A stretch of DNA of 18,129 bases from Vulcanimicrobiaceae bacterium (GTDB taxonomy: Bacteria > Vulcanimicrobiota > Vulcanimicrobiia > Vulcanimicrobiales > Vulcanimicrobiaceae). Made by a program: the position numbers and the translations under genes. Under the pieces are notes generated by a model that made no database searches, had not been told where the DNA came from, and saw only the letters and a list, made by a program, of their open reading frames with translations. The DNA is taken from assembly GCA_046262595.1 (NCBI GenBank), contig JBHEMM010000007.1:9945-28073 (forward strand), written 5' to 3'. Below are positions 16,733 to 18,129 of the stretch, piece after piece (position 1 is the first letter of the stretch; each line of letters begins with the position of its first letter).

Positions 16733-17920
16733 TTAAAGCCTTTCGAAAATCGTCGTGATGCCTTGGCCGGCGCCGATGCACATCGTTGCGAGCCCGTAGC
16801 GTCCGCCTCGCCGGCGCAGCTCGTGCAGCAGCGTGGTTGCAATGCGCGCGCCGCTGGCGCCCAGCGGGTGCCCAAGCGCGATAGCTCCGCCATTCACGTT
16901 CGCCGTTTCGGGATCGATCTCCAGGTCGCGAAGCACGGCGATCGCTTGTGCGGCAAACGCCTCATTGATCTCCGTCAGGTCGATGTGCCGCATGTTCAGG
17001 CCCGCACGCGCGAGCGCTTTACGCGTCGCGGGGATCGGACCCAGACCCATGACGTCGGGCGCGACGCCGGACGCAGCCGTCGCAACCACGCGCGCGAGCG
17101 GTTTGAACCCGAGCGTGCGTGCGAGTTCCGCCTCACAAAGGAGCAGCGCCGATGCGCCGTCGTTGATGCCGGACGAGTTACCCGCGGTCACCGTGCCGCC
17201 GGCTTTAAACGCCGGGCGCAACTTTTCCAGGTCGGCCAGCGTGGTTTGCGGGCGCGGATGTTCGTCATGCTCAACGCCGCCCACGGGAAGAAGTTCGTCC
17301 GCGAATGCGCCGCGCTGCACCGCCGCGCTCGCCCGCTGCTGCGATTGGAGCGCGAACGCATCTTGCTCGCCGCGCGTAATGCCGTACGACTGCGCGACCT
17401 TCTCGGCCGTCTCGCCCAAGCCGATCGTCCATTCCTTCGGCATCGCCGGATTGACCATGCGCCAGCCGATCGTCGTGTCGAACGTTTCGGGCGACCGCGC
17501 GAACGGTTTTTCCGCTTTGGGCTGCACGAACGGCGCGCGCGTCATGGATTCCACACCGCCCGAGATCACGATGTCGCTCTCTCCGTAGGCGATCGCGTGC
17601 GCGGCGGAGTTGATGGCCTGCAAACTGCTTCCGCACAGGCGGTTCATCGTTGTGCCGGCGACTTCAACCGGCAAACCGGCAAGCAGCGCGGCCATGCGTG
17701 CGACGTTGCGGTTGTCCTCGCCGCTTTGATTCGCGGCACCGAAAAACACGTCGTCGATTCGCGCGGGATCGACACCGGTACGCTGCACGATCGCTTTGAT
17801 GACGGCGGCGGCAAGATCGTCGGGCCGCACGTGCGCGAGCACGCCCCCGTACCGCCCGATGGGCGTGCGCAGTGCGTCGATCACCACGACGTCGCGGCTA
17901 CGCTTCGGGGTCTGGTTCAT
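16733..17920 (-). CDS. Acetyl-CoA C-acyltransferase; 3-oxoadipyl-CoA thiolase (PaaJ/PcaF-like), 395 aa
   Basis: RTPIGRYGG, RPDDL, ANQSGEDNRNVARM (PcaF/PaaJ subfamily signature), NRLCGSS, NEAF, GHPLGASG and MCIGAGQG. Start at ATG 17920. Confidence 0.92.
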   Translation of the reverse strand: MNQTPKRSRDVVVIDALRTPIGRYGGVLAHVRPDDLAAAVIKAIVQRTGVDPARIDDVFFGAANQSGEDNRNVARMAALLAGLPVEVAGTTMNRLCGSSLQAINSAAHAIAYGESDIVISGGVESMTRAPFVQPKAEKPFARSPETFDTTIGWRMVNPAMPKEWTIGLGETAEKVAQSYGITRGEQDAFALQSQQRASAAVQRGAFADELLPVGGVEHDEHPRPQTTLADLEKLRPAFKAGGTVTAGNSSGINDGASALLLCEAELARTLGFKPLARVVATAASGVAPDVMGLGPIPATRKALARAGLNMRHIDLTEINEAFAAQAIAVLRDLEIDPETANVNGGAIALGHPLGASGARIATTLLHELRRRGGRYGLATMCIGAGQGITTIFERL

Positions 17921-18129
17921 CGTCTTCCGGTTCTTGCACGTCAAGAACGTATAACGCGCGGTGAGGCGCAAAAGCTGCACCTTCGGCGGCAGCAAGGCGT
18001 TTGAGAATGCGGTTGACCCGGTCGCCGCCGATCTCGCGGCCCCAGGCGATAGGCCCTTGCGGATAATTCGTTCCCAGCCGCATTGCAAGGTCGATATCGT
18101 CGGGCGAGGCGATGCCTTCCTCAACCGCC
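17898..18129 (-). CDS. C-terminal part of 3-hydroxyacyl-CoA dehydrogenase (PaaH-like), truncated by the window edge
   Basis: AVEEGIASPDDIDLAMRLGTNYPQGP matches the 3HCDH C-terminal domain. Stop TAG at 17900-17898 overlaps the thiolase start by 23 nt. Confidence 0.85.
   Translation of the reverse strand, partial: AVEEGIASPDDIDLAMRLGTNYPQGPIAWGREIGGDRVNRILKRLAAAEGAAFAPHRALYVLDVQEPEDDEPDPEA

Noticed and set aside
15227..18004. 925-aa plus-strand ORF
   Set aside because: In-register antisense shadow of the ALDH and thiolase, which share a frame. Arg/Gly-rich with no motifs, as expected in high-GC DNA.
1..18129. CRISPR arrays, tRNA/rRNA, IS elements, integrases, prophage or defence genes
   Set aside because: No regularly spaced repeats or such genes seen. 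Intergenic gaps are all under about 80 nt and composition looks uniform by eye.

Overview
GC-rich, very gene-dense bacterial chromosomal segment with about 18 CDS. I see no RNA genes, CRISPR arrays, mobile elements or long repeats. It has three blocks. (1) A minus-strand, translationally coupled cysK - class 3 (Rhizobium-type) asparaginase - metH operon. (2) A DNA-repair pair, an MBL/beta-CASP-type ligase-associated exonuclease and an ATP-dependent DNA ligase, interleaved with two exported hydrolases and a stand-alone Lrp/AsnC ligand-binding domain. The exonuclease ends in a beta-clamp-binding-like motif (QLALF). (3) An aromatic CoA-ester catabolic region: a short (375 aa) BoxB-like di-iron epoxidase and a half-size, single-domain BoxC-like crotonase, transcribed divergently from a PaaX regulator, plus a paaH-like/thiolase/aldehyde dehydrogenase operon. 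The most interesting candidate system is this compact box module, apparently controlled by PaaX, with no boxA, boxR or CoA ligase in the window. Family assignments come from motif recognition and remembered family sequences, not from database searches. Several start codons were re-chosen relative to the ORF track.
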